Positions 1 through 8,803 of a stretch of DNA of 54,303 bases are shown here, piece after piece. The stretch spans positions 1 to 54,303 of the forward strand of contig JAWOHG010000069.1 of NCBI GenBank assembly GCA_046485245.1. Direction: 5' to 3'. This stretch comes from a bacterium. GTDB lineage: Bacteria; Hydrothermota; Tepidihabitantia; Tepidihabitantales; Tepidihabitantaceae. Numbering within the stretch: the stretch's first letter is position 1; each line of letters opens with the position of its first letter. Made by a program: the position numbers and the translations under genes. Below the pieces are notes generated by a model. That model did no database searches and was not told the DNA's origin. It saw only the letters and a program-made list of their open reading frames with translations.

Positions 1-1
1 C

Positions 2-268
2 ACCAGAGAGCTGATCGAGCGCCAGCAGAGCATACTCTCTCACTTGCTGGACGCGCAGCGCAGCCTGCGTCAGCGGGGACACAAGGAGGAGCGCGAGAGC
101 GAGGCGGCAAGACCTTTCGAGGTTCGGGCGCGACCGCAGCTGCCCGATGACCGGGGTGAGCGCGACCGCATGCTGCGAGAGGAGTTGCTCAGGGCGCTCA
201 AGCAGGGATACCCCGGCGAATACGAACCGCTGATTCGAGCCTACTTCGAGCGGTTGCTGTACCAATGA
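2..268 (+). CDS. C-terminal fragment of a hypothetical protein, open to the window edge
   Basis: The frame is open from nt 2 upstream of the listed Met at 44. Its stop overlaps the next start (ATGA at 265-268). The charged Arg/Glu-rich tail ends in YFERLLYQ. No family assignment made. Confidence 0.5.
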   Translation, partial: TRELIERQQSILSHLLDAQRSLRQRGHKEERESEAARPFEVRARPQLPDDRGERDRMLREELLRALKQGYPGEYEPLIRAYFERLLYQ

Positions 269-1899
269 CCAGGGCAGTTGTTTCTGCGCTGCTGCTCGTC
301 TCGGCGTTCGCCGGAGCGCAGACCGCGCAGAGCGCACGCATGCTCGAGCAGGCCGGGATGCTCGATGCCGCATTCACCGAGTACCGCATGACCGTAGAGC
401 GAAACCCTGGCGACTTCGCCGCCTACACCGGGTTCAGGCGGGTGGCTCTGCTAACAGGACACCAGGACTCGCTGGTCCAAACTAGCCGCAGACTGGCAGT
501 CGGGCGACCCGATGTACCGGAGTACCGGATTGGTCTGCTCGAAGGCCTGCTGGCGATGCGGAGGACTGCCGAGGCTCTGACGGAGGCGCGGGGATTGGCC
601 AGCACCTGGCCGGCGCGGTTGCCTGACGTCGCAGGGGTTCTCGCAGACGGGGGCGAGCGCGAGGCCGCGGTCGACTACTACCTGCGGGCGCGTTCCCAAA
701 TCGGCGACAGCTCTGCGTACAGCGAGCAGCTGTTGTCGCTGCACGAACGTCGGGGCGATGCAGTTCGGGCTGCAGTCGAGCTCGTGCGGATTGTCAACCG
801 CAACCGGTCGGCGTTACCCGGGCTGTTGCCGTGGCTTTCTGCCCTTGCGCGCGGGGCTGCACAGGGCCGGTTGCTGGCCGAGTGCGGCCGGATCCGATGG
901 GAGCCGGAACGGGTGCGCGCGCAGGCCGAGGTGTATCTCGCCAATGCCAGGGCAGAGGAGGCTGTTCGGGTGATGCGTGCCGGTGCCGACGCGCAGTCGC
1001 TGTACCGATTCGGTCATGAGTGCGAGGCGGCGGAGCGGCTGGATGCAGCCCTGCTGGTGTTTGCCGGCCAGGACGCGAAGTCGGACCATGCCCGGGTGCT
1101 GCGGAAGATGGGTCGAGTCGATGAGGCGGCGGCCGTCCTCGCCGGGCTGGACACGCCGACGGCTAAGCTTGAATTGGGCAACCTGTACCTCTTCGCTCGG
1201 CGCGACTTCCCGGCAGCCGCGAAGGCGTTTGCGGACGTCCTGCGACGCCAGCCTGACTGCGACGACGCGCTGTACGGCTTGGCTGCGGCCGAGGTCGCGA
1301 TGGGGCGGCTGGCCGACGCGGCGGCGCGGCTGGAGCAGGTCCGGGATTCCAGCGACCGGTTCCTTCTGCTGGCAGCGCGGTTGTACCTGTACCGCCACAA
1401 ACCTGACTCGGTGCGAGCATCCGTCAGTCTGCTCGCTGCCCGGCACCCGACGAGTCCGCTGGTGAATGACGGCCTGGAGTTGGCTCTTGTCGCGGACACG
1501 ACTGACAGGGCAGAGGCTCTGATTCAGGCGATGCAGGCACTGGATGTCGGAGAGTATGATGACGCGGTCGACCGGGCCCGCCGGCTGATGGCGGGTGAGG
1601 ACGTGACGGCTGAACTGGCCCACCTGGTCGGTGCCGACGCGCTCAGCAAGGCCGGCCGGCCCAGAGGTGCGCTGGTTCTTCTGGGTGATTACCGGGCGCG
1701 ATTCGCGCAAGGCAAACTGCGGCCCAGGGTGATGTTGGAGGAGGCAGTCATCCTGCGCGACGGCCTCGGTGATGTGGTCCGATATCGGGAAGCGCTCGAT
1801 GCGCTCATCATGGCTTTCCCGGATTCCCCGTACGCTCCGGTTGCGCGTGGCCTGCTGGAGCAGGCCGTTCAGGTCGCACCAGCAGGTGGCCTCAGATGA
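265..1899 (+). CDS. Secreted TPR-repeat protein
   Basis: N-terminal signal-like segment AVVSALLLVSAFAGAQT, followed by repeated Ala/Leu-rich helical pairs typical of TPR. ATGA coupling to the upstream ORF. Confidence 0.75.
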   Translation: MTRAVVSALLLVSAFAGAQTAQSARMLEQAGMLDAAFTEYRMTVERNPGDFAAYTGFRRVALLTGHQDSLVQTSRRLAVGRPDVPEYRIGLLEGLLAMRRTAEALTEARGLASTWPARLPDVAGVLADGGEREAAVDYYLRARSQIGDSSAYSEQLLSLHERRGDAVRAAVELVRIVNRNRSALPGLLPWLSALARGAAQGRLLAECGRIRWEPERVRAQAEVYLANARAEEAVRVMRAGADAQSLYRFGHECEAAERLDAALLVFAGQDAKSDHARVLRKMGRVDEAAAVLAGLDTPTAKLELGNLYLFARRDFPAAAKAFADVLRRQPDCDDALYGLAAAEVAMGRLADAAARLEQVRDSSDRFLLLAARLYLYRHKPDSVRASVSLLAARHPTSPLVNDGLELALVADTTDRAEALIQAMQALDVGEYDDAVDRARRLMAGEDVTAELAHLVGADALSKAGRPRGALVLLGDYRARFAQGKLRPRVMLEEAVILRDGLGDVVRYREALDALIMAFPDSPYAPVARGLLEQAVQVAPAGGLR

Positions 1900-1975
1900 C
1901 GCGGGCCCGCCCTTGCGGAGTTCGGCGACGTGGTTAGAATGAGGTACTAGAGGACCGTGGTCCTCAAATACGGCA

Positions 1976-3175
1976 ATGACGACACCGAGCGATCAGAGCG
2001 CAGCTCAGGCTGACACAGCCGGAGCCGACGTAGGCGATAGCCTGACGGCGCTGCTTGAGGCAGAGGGCCGGCTTGGCCCGACTGAACTCGTCCGTGTCTT
2101 TGGCGAGGTCCTTGACGACCTTGAGCGCGCACACGCGGATGCTCGGCTGCACCGGGACATCACCAGCGCACGCATTGTCCGGCAGGACGGTCGATTCGTG
2201 CTGACCGGCTATGGTGCGGGCAAGCTGGGCAACGTGCGCTACATGGCACCGGAGCGCTGCCAGGGGGCTGTCGCGGACGCCCGGTCGGACATATACTCGC
2301 TGGGTGTTGCACTGTACGAGGCGGCAACGGGTCGATTGCCCTTCGAGAGTGAGCTCAGGCACGAGTGCATCGATGCGCAGGTGAACCGGCCGCCCGACCC
2401 ACCGCGGCTGGTCAACTCAGACATTTCGCCTGAGCTCGAGCGTGTCATCCTGAGGGCCCTCAGTAAGAACCCTGCAGGCCGGTACCAGACAGCGAGCGAG
2501 TTCCGCGCGGCCCTGATCCAGGCGGTCGGTGCACCGGTTTCAATTCGCCAGGAAGCGGCCGAACGCGAAGCACCGTGGGTTGAGTCGACGGGTTCGGCTG
2601 AGCCGGAGCTGCGGCGCCGGTTCAGGCTTGGCGTTCTCGTCGTGCCGGCGGCACTTCTCGTGGCCGCGGCTGCGTTCTTCTTTCTCCGGGGAGGACAGAT
2701 GCTTGGGGGGAGCCGCATGCCTGGTCTGTTGGGCATACCGGTCGCGGCGGCTGAGTCAAGATTGGCGAGGCTGAACGTGGGCGGCGTGGCTGTCGAAGAG
2801 GTACCGGATACCCTGCCGGCTGGTACCGTCGTGGGCCAGGATCCCGGGCAGGGGCAGACGGTCAGCCCGTCGACGGCCGTGGTGCTGCAAGTCAGCTCAG
2901 GCAGCGCCGGGTTCCCGGACCTGATTGGTGTCGATGCAGACGATGCGATAGCTCGCGTGCGGCGCCTGGGAATGGAGCCGGCGGTCGAGACCATTCATTC
3001 TGATGCGCACGCGACCGGCAAAGTCGTTTCGACCCGGCCCCGGGCAGGGGAAGTCGTGGAGACTGCCGGGCGGGTCACGGTCGTCGTGTCAGCAGGTCGA
3101 GCAACGTGCCCGAAGTGCGGCGCACGCCGGGAGCCGCAGGCAAGATTCTGCACGAAGTGTGGGTTCAAATTCTGA
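1976..3175 (+). CDS. Ser/Thr-kinase-like pseudokinase (C-lobe only) with TM segment, two PASTA domains and a C-terminal zinc ribbon
   Basis: Kinase-like motifs: HRDITSARIV (HRD loop lacking the Lys and Asn), GYG in place of DFG, and YMAPE (APE motif). There is no GxGxxG or VAIK region, and an in-frame stop at 1940-1942 blocks any N-terminal extension. TM segment LGVLVVPAALLVAAAAFFFL. Two PASTA-like modules. C-terminal CPKCGx9FCTKCG. Confidence 0.85.
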   Translation: MTTPSDQSAAQADTAGADVGDSLTALLEAEGRLGPTELVRVFGEVLDDLERAHADARLHRDITSARIVRQDGRFVLTGYGAGKLGNVRYMAPERCQGAVADARSDIYSLGVALYEAATGRLPFESELRHECIDAQVNRPPDPPRLVNSDISPELERVILRALSKNPAGRYQTASEFRAALIQAVGAPVSIRQEAAEREAPWVESTGSAEPELRRRFRLGVLVVPAALLVAAAAFFFLRGGQMLGGSRMPGLLGIPVAAAESRLARLNVGGVAVEEVPDTLPAGTVVGQDPGQGQTVSPSTAVVLQVSSGSAGFPDLIGVDADDAIARVRRLGMEPAVETIHSDAHATGKVVSTRPRAGEVVETAGRVTVVVSAGRATCPKCGARREPQARFCTKCGFKF

Positions 3176-3176
3176 C

Positions 3177-4220
3177 ATGACCGTCCTCAAGTCCCTGAGC
3201 TCGATGCGGATCGTCCTCGGTCTGCTGGTACTGTCTCTGCTTGCCGGGTCTGCGTTCGCAGACCAGCGCTGTGCGGCCTGCGGTACCACTAACAGCGACG
3301 ATGCCCAGTTCTGCAAGAACTGCGGAGCACGGCTTGAGGGTAAGCCGGCCGCAGAACCACGGGCGGCGAGACTCACGGCAAGTGCAGTCGTGAGACCGGA
3401 AGGCGTGGAGATCACCTCAGTGCCGACCGGCGCCAGGGTCGAGATCGACGGTGTGGCGCGCGGGACGACCCCGCTCGAGTTGCGCGACCTGGCAGCAGGT
3501 CGGCACGAGTACCGGGTCAGTCTACGGGGGTACCGGGTTCAGACCGGCAGCTTCACCATCACCAACCTGACCGGTACCATCGTCGTTTCGACTGAGCCGG
3601 CCGGCGCCCAAGTGTTTCTTGACGGTACGCAGATGGGACAGGCGGTGGAGGGTGGACTGCCCCTGTCGCGCGTGCCGTACGGGCGGCACAGCGTGAAGGC
3701 ACAGCTTGAAGGCTACAATGATGTCACGAAGATTGTCGACCTCAAGACGCCCGGACCTTACGCTGTCACGCTGCGGTTGGGCTGGGGTAAGGGTTTCTTG
3801 AGCGTCAGGTCGGAGCCGGACAGCGCCAGGCTTGCGGTCGAGAGCAAACCTGTCGGCGCGACGCCGTACTTCGCGGAGCTCGCGCCCAACCGGTACGTCC
3901 TCACTCTTGTCAAGCGGGGGTATGCCGATTGGATCGGCTATGCCGAGGTGTACCAGGCTGAGACCGCGAATGTCCGCGTGACGCTGGAGAAGCTCAAGAC
4001 CCGCAAGCTGCCGTTCCTCATCGCCGGGGCTGTCGGGATTGTCGCCGGGGGTGCGTCGGCGTACATGGGTGAGCAGTCGTATGCCCAGTACCAAGACGCC
4101 ACGAGCGCTGATTCTGCGCGGCACTATCGCCAGGCGACCGAGCGGTGGGACTTAATGCGCAACGTGGCGCTGGGGGGCGGGGCTGCCCTCAGTGTGACAT
4201 GGCTGTTGGTGAGGTGGTAG
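3177..4220 (+). CDS. Zinc-ribbon and PEGA-domain membrane protein
   Basis: Start moved from 3003 to the in-frame ATG at 3177, one nt after the upstream stop, which begins a signal peptide MTVLKSLSSMRIVLGLLVLSLLAGSAFA. CAACGx10FCKNCG zinc ribbon. Several PEGA-like repeats (for example SVPTGARVEIDGVARGTTPLEL). Two C-terminal TM helices. Confidence 0.8.
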   Translation: MTVLKSLSSMRIVLGLLVLSLLAGSAFADQRCAACGTTNSDDAQFCKNCGARLEGKPAAEPRAARLTASAVVRPEGVEITSVPTGARVEIDGVARGTTPLELRDLAAGRHEYRVSLRGYRVQTGSFTITNLTGTIVVSTEPAGAQVFLDGTQMGQAVEGGLPLSRVPYGRHSVKAQLEGYNDVTKIVDLKTPGPYAVTLRLGWGKGFLSVRSEPDSARLAVESKPVGATPYFAELAPNRYVLTLVKRGYADWIGYAEVYQAETANVRVTLEKLKTRKLPFLIAGAVGIVAGGASAYMGEQSYAQYQDATSADSARHYRQATERWDLMRNVALGGGAALSVTWLLVRW

Positions 4221-4224
4221 TCCA

Positions 4225-6567
4225 GTGAGAGCCGTACGATTCGGCCTCGCCCTGCTGCTGGCCGTGTCGGGGATCATCCTCACTTGCCGGAAGTGGGACA
4301 ACCCGCTTGACCCCACCGACAACCAGCCGCCCGACTTGCCGACACAGCCGTTGCCCGACAGCGGCGCGGTCGGGCAGGACACGGGTATCACGCTGGGCTG
4401 GGTTTGCGCGGACCCGGACTCCTTCGACACGCTGAGCTACATCATCTACGTCGGCACCGAGCCCGCCCCGCCGATGCGGGACAGCGGTCTTGCTGAGGCC
4501 AGGTACAAGCCAACGGGGCTGGCCTGGCAGACGCGGTACTACTGGCGCGTGACCGCGCTGGACAACCGGGGCGGCCGCACCGAGGGCGCGGTCTGGAACT
4601 TCACCGTGGCCGCTTTGAACCACCCGCCGGCGGCTCCCAATTCCCCTGTTCCGGAAAGCGGGGCGACCGAGTTGAGTGTCAGGCCCGTACTGCGATGGCG
4701 GGCATCGGACCCGGACCCGGGCGACAGTCTGGAATTCGACCTCTACATAGGGACAGCAAACCCGCCGCCGCCGGTCGAATCCGGCCTGGCCGACACCTTC
4801 TATTCACCGGCTGGTCTGAAGTACGACTCGACCTACTACTGGCGTGTGGTTTGTCGCGACCAGCGCGGCGCGGAGACGTCGGGCCCGGTGTGGCGCTTCC
4901 GCACCATGACCAGGATGACAGTGGACGCACCCCTGACCGGTGAGCGGCTCAGGATGTTGAGTGCATACGTGATCAGGTGGAGCGGCGGGCCGAGGCCGGG
5001 CGTTTCGGGCGGCCGGCCCCAGCGCAGGTCACCAGGCGCGGCGCGCGTCGACGCGGTCGATTCGTCCGTAGTGTTCTACAGCACGAACGGCGGAAGCTCT
5101 TGGGTAAGGCTGGGACGGCCAACGGTCGGCGGTCAGTACTCGTGGCAGGTGCCGGGAACGGCGACAACCGCGGCGCGCGTGCAGGTGAGGGCCTTCGCCG
5201 CGGGAGACACGATGCTGGGCAACACCGGCAACTTCACTATCTATGATACCTTGCCGCCTTCAGCCTTGACCGTTACCGCACCCGTCGCCTGGAGCCGTTG
5301 GACGCTGGGCGGTAGCTACCACGTCACTTGGACGGGCGGAACCGACGGGATGGACTCGTGCGTGGTCTTTTACTCGACGAACGCGGGCGCGTCCTGGCTG
5401 CGGCAGGGGAGCACCAAGCAGGCGGGCCGGTTCATATGGACGTTGCTCGGGCCGGCTTCGGCGCAGGCAAGGGTCAGGGTCGTCGCGCACTGCCGGGCCG
5501 ACACCTCGGCCGGGGTCAGCGACGTGTTCCAGACGCTCGAATCGCCGTACCCGGACTCGCTGCTGGCGACGCTCGCGGTCGGGGCCGGGCCGGTGGCGCT
5601 CTGCTACGATTCGATCGACCAGCGCGTGTTCTGTGCGAACCACGACTCGGCCAGCATCAGCATCATCAGCGGGCAATCCAACACCGTTATAGCGACGATC
5701 CCTGTGGGGCCGGCGCCCAATGCGCTCATCTGGACACCGATATCGAACAAGGTCTACTGCACCACCGATTCGGGCAAGGTAGTCGCAGTTCGCGGTGCCA
5801 CGAACGCCGTTGCCCGGACCCTGGACGTGGGCCGGCGACCAGTAGCGCTGTGCTGGAACCGGTTGCAGAACCGGGTCTACGTGGCGAACGCCGGGGACAG
5901 CACCGTCTCGGTCATCGACTGCGCAACCGACTCGGTCATCGCGAGCGTGGTCGTGCGCCAGGGGCCACGGGCGCTCGCTTGGAACCCGAACACGAACCGC
6001 GTCTACGTGTCCGACTCGAGCCCGGCCGTGGTCTCGGTCATCGACTGCGCGTCCAACCAGGTCGTCGCGGACGTCGCGGTGAGTTCATCCCCGTACGCGT
6101 TGCTCGTCGACGAGCCAAACAACATAGTCTGGGCCGCGGGGCGGTCGGGCAACGCGCTGTGCCCGATCGACGGCGCAACGAACCAGCCGTTGTCGCCGGT
6201 GACGGTCGGCCGCGAACCGTGGGCACTGGCGTGGAACGCGGCGCGCGGCCGCATCTACTCTCTGAACTCGGCGGACAACAACATCAGCATAGTCGATGCC
6301 GGTACCCGGCAGGTAGTCCTGGGCCTGCCGGTCGGCAACCAGCCGCGCTCGGCCGCGTTCGCGCGAACCGCCGGGAAGCTCTACGTCGTCAACTACGCGG
6401 CAAACTCGGTGACAATTGTCGACGGCGTTCGGGACCAGATTGTGAGATTCCTTGGTGTGGACCGCGGTCCCGTTGCTGTCTGCTGGAACAGCGGGTCGAA
6501 CAAGATCTACACGGCCAATTCCACAGCCGGCACGGTGAGTATTATCGTGCCGCGCGGCTCGCGCTAG
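4225..6567 (+). CDS. Lipoprotein with FN3-like modules and a YVTN-type beta-propeller
   Basis: GTG start with GAGGTGG 8 nt upstream. Lipobox-like ILTC. Two repeated modules with YYWRV motifs (FN3-like). The C-terminal half holds about ten repeats of the type VGxxPxALxWNxxxNRVYVAN (YVTN family). Confidence 0.85.
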   Translation: MRAVRFGLALLLAVSGIILTCRKWDNPLDPTDNQPPDLPTQPLPDSGAVGQDTGITLGWVCADPDSFDTLSYIIYVGTEPAPPMRDSGLAEARYKPTGLAWQTRYYWRVTALDNRGGRTEGAVWNFTVAALNHPPAAPNSPVPESGATELSVRPVLRWRASDPDPGDSLEFDLYIGTANPPPPVESGLADTFYSPAGLKYDSTYYWRVVCRDQRGAETSGPVWRFRTMTRMTVDAPLTGERLRMLSAYVIRWSGGPRPGVSGGRPQRRSPGAARVDAVDSSVVFYSTNGGSSWVRLGRPTVGGQYSWQVPGTATTAARVQVRAFAAGDTMLGNTGNFTIYDTLPPSALTVTAPVAWSRWTLGGSYHVTWTGGTDGMDSCVVFYSTNAGASWLRQGSTKQAGRFIWTLLGPASAQARVRVVAHCRADTSAGVSDVFQTLESPYPDSLLATLAVGAGPVALCYDSIDQRVFCANHDSASISIISGQSNTVIATIPVGPAPNALIWTPISNKVYCTTDSGKVVAVRGATNAVARTLDVGRRPVALCWNRLQNRVYVANAGDSTVSVIDCATDSVIASVVVRQGPRALAWNPNTNRVYVSDSSPAVVSVIDCASNQVVADVAVSSSPYALLVDEPNNIVWAAGRSGNALCPIDGATNQPLSPVTVGREPWALAWNAARGRIYSLNSADNNISIVDAGTRQVVLGLPVGNQPRSAAFARTAGKLYVVNYAANSVTIVDGVRDQIVRFLGVDRGPVAVCWNSGSNKIYTANSTAGTVSIIVPRGSR

Positions 6568-6631
6568 CTCAAACGGGACTTTGTCGGTGCGACCCCGACC
6601 CACTGCGGGTCGTGTCGGACTCGGGCTGGTT

Positions 6632-8722
6632 TCAGTTCTGGGGCGCCGGCGGGGTCTGGCCGAACAGGGGGTAGAGCCGGATGCGCGTGTCTTCGTCGAC
6701 CGCGCTAAAGCGCTTGAACTGCATCGAGTTCGACGCCCGCCCCTGCGTTATGGAGCGCAGGCTTGTCGTATATCCGAAGGTGCGGGCGAGCGGCACCTCC
6801 GCGGTGACTATCTGGTATCCCTTGACCGGTTCCATCCGAGTGACGCGCCCGGACCGGGCGGTGATGTCGTTTAGGACAGCGCCGACAAACGCATCCGGCG
6901 TCACTACTTCAAGTTCCATTATCGGCTCGAGGAACGTCGGCCGCGCGGCGAGGAAGGCGTCGCGGAACGCGCCGGACGCCGCCACCTTGAAATCGACGTC
7001 ATTGCTGTCTTCCTGGTGCCAGGCTGCGTCGACGACGCGGGCGCAGATGTCTATGGCCTGGTAGCCGGCGAGGACCCCAGACTCGAAGCTGTCGCGGATC
7101 GCCTGCTCGATGGGCTGGACGAACTGGCGCGGCAGCGTGCCCGGGGCAAGCTCGTTGACAATCTTGTTGCCCTCGGCCGACGGCCCGAGCGATAGCTTCA
7201 CCACGGCGAAGTGGCCGTGGCCGCCGGCTTGCCGGACGAACCGGCCCTCGGCCGAGGCCGATCTCGTTACTGTCTCGCGGTAGGACACCTGCGGTTTGCC
7301 CGAGTGCACGCCGACCTTGTACTCGCGCTGGAGCCGGTCGAGCAGGATGTCGAGGTGCAGTTCGCCCATACCGGAGAGTATCAACTGGCCGGTCTCGGCG
7401 TCGGTCCGGGTCTTGAAGGTGGGGTCTTCCAGCGCGAGCGTTGCTATGGCATCGGCGAGCTTGTCGTCATCCGCCTTCGTTTTGGGTTCGATGGCCAGGA
7501 AGACGACCGGGTCGGGGAACTGCATTGCCTCAAAGGCAATCGGGTGCGACAAGTCGGCGAGGGTCTGGCCGGTGCGGCTTTCCTTCAGACCGACGACGGC
7601 GCCGATCTCGCCGGCCGAGAGCGACTCGACCTCCTGCTGGCGGTTGGCGTGCATGATGAGCAGCTTGGTCATGCGTACCCGCTTCATCTCCGGGATGCAC
7701 ATCACGACCTCGCCCTCGCGGACGGCGCCCGAATAGACGCGGATGTAGGAGAGCATCCCGCGGTGCTGGTCGGCGGCGAGCTTGAACACCAGGGCCGAGA
7801 AGGGGCCGTGCACATCGGCCTTGCGGGTTTCCTCCTTGCCGGTCTTCGGGTTGGTGCCGGCGACCGGCGGCAGGTCGAGCGGCGAAGGCAGGTAGTCGAC
7901 AATGCCGTCCAGCAGTTTCTGGACGCCCTTGTGGCGGAACGCGCTGCCGCAGAACACCGGGACGAGGCGCAGGGCGATCGTGCCGCGGCGCAGGGCCGCC
8001 TTCAGGTCTGCGGCGACGATGGGTTCACCGCTGACGTACTTACCGATGAGCGGTTCGTCGAAGGTGGTCAGCACGTCGATCAGTTCGGCGCGCGCCTGCG
8101 CAGTCGGTTCGACGAGGTCGTCCGGCACGGGAATCTCGGCCGGGGTCGCGCCGAGGTCGTCGTCGTTCCAGGCAAAGGCCCGGCCCTCGACCACATCGAC
8201 GATGCCTCGGAACGTGTCCTCGTTGCCGATGGGCAACTGGACCCGCACGGCGGTCTGTTCGAACTTCTCCTTCAGCGTGCGGACGACGCGGTCGTAGTCG
8301 GCCCCGGACCGGTCGAGTTTGTTGACGAAGGCGATGCGCGGGACGCGGTAGCGGTCGGCTTGGCGCCAGACGGTCTCGGACTGGGGTTCGACCCCGCCGA
8401 CCCCGCAGAAGACGATGACCGCGCCGTCGAGCACCTTGAGCGAGCGCTGGACCTCCATCGTGAAGTCGACGTGGCCGGGCGTGTCGATGATGTTGATGCG
8501 GTGGTCGAGCCAGGTGACAGTCGTGGCGGCCGCGGTGATGGTGATGCCGCGCTCGCGCTCCTGGACCATCCAGTCCATCTGCGTGTTGCCGTCGTCGATG
8601 TCGCCCATCCGATGGATGCGCCCGGTATAGAACAGGATGCGTTCGGTCGTCGTGGTTTTGCCGGCATCGATATGCGCGGCAATCCCGATGTTTCGGGTCT
8701 TGTCCATCAGCGGCAGGCTCAT
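6632..8722 (-). CDS. fusA: Elongation factor G, stand-alone paralogue-type context
   Basis: [32 protein letters not shown] and NKLDR GTPase motifs, full EF-G length (696 aa). Start set to the ATG at 8722 ([13 protein letters not shown]). The 186 upstream codons of the 882-aa track ORF are Arg/Ala-rich and overlap the divergent gene. Confidence 0.95.
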   Translation of the reverse strand: MSLPLMDKTRNIGIAAHIDAGKTTTTERILFYTGRIHRMGDIDDGNTQMDWMVQERERGITITAAATTVTWLDHRINIIDTPGHVDFTMEVQRSLKVLDGAVIVFCGVGGVEPQSETVWRQADRYRVPRIAFVNKLDRSGADYDRVVRTLKEKFEQTAVRVQLPIGNEDTFRGIVDVVEGRAFAWNDDDLGATPAEIPVPDDLVEPTAQARAELIDVLTTFDEPLIGKYVSGEPIVAADLKAALRRGTIALRLVPVFCGSAFRHKGVQKLLDGIVDYLPSPLDLPPVAGTNPKTGKEETRKADVHGPFSALVFKLAADQHRGMLSYIRVYSGAVREGEVVMCIPEMKRVRMTKLLIMHANRQQEVESLSAGEIGAVVGLKESRTGQTLADLSHPIAFEAMQFPDPVVFLAIEPKTKADDDKLADAIATLALEDPTFKTRTDAETGQLILSGMGELHLDILLDRLQREYKVGVHSGKPQVSYRETVTRSASAEGRFVRQAGGHGHFAVVKLSLGPSAEGNKIVNELAPGTLPRQFVQPIEQAIRDSFESGVLAGYQAIDICARVVDAAWHQEDSNDVDFKVAASGAFRDAFLAARPTFLEPIMELEVVTPDAFVGAVLNDITARSGRVTRMEPVKGYQIVTAEVPLARTFGYTTSLRSITQGRASNSMQFKRFSAVDEDTRIRLYPLFGQTPPAPQN

Positions 8723-8730
8723 AGGTTCAG

Positions 8731-8758
8731 ATGGTATTGGGCGGCGCTGGCAAGTCAA
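8731..8758 (-). promoter_or_regulatory. Sigma70-like promoter of fusA: TTGACT-16-TACCAT, 8 nt before the ATG
   Basis: Read on the minus strand: cTTGACTtgccagcgccgcccaaTACCATctgaacctATG. No Shine-Dalgarno sequence fits in the 8 nt. Confidence 0.6.
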
Positions 8759-8769
8759 GGCGGCGGCCG

Positions 8770-8797
8770 TTGACCGCGTAGCGTCACCGTCTACTAT
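8770..8797 (+). promoter_or_regulatory. Sigma70-like promoter: TTGACC-16-TACTAT, 6 nt before ATG 8804 (leaderless geometry)
   Basis: gTTGACCgcgtagcgtcaccgtcTACTATcgtgtgATG. With standard -10 to +1 spacing the expected +1 falls on the A of the ATG. Confidence 0.65.
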
Positions 8798-8803
8798 CGT
8801 GTG

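Noticed and set aside
3003-3176. Upstream 58 codons of the PEGA-protein ORF
   Set aside because: They overlap the pseudokinase C-terminus in another frame. The ATG at 3177 starts a proper signal peptide immediately after the upstream stop.
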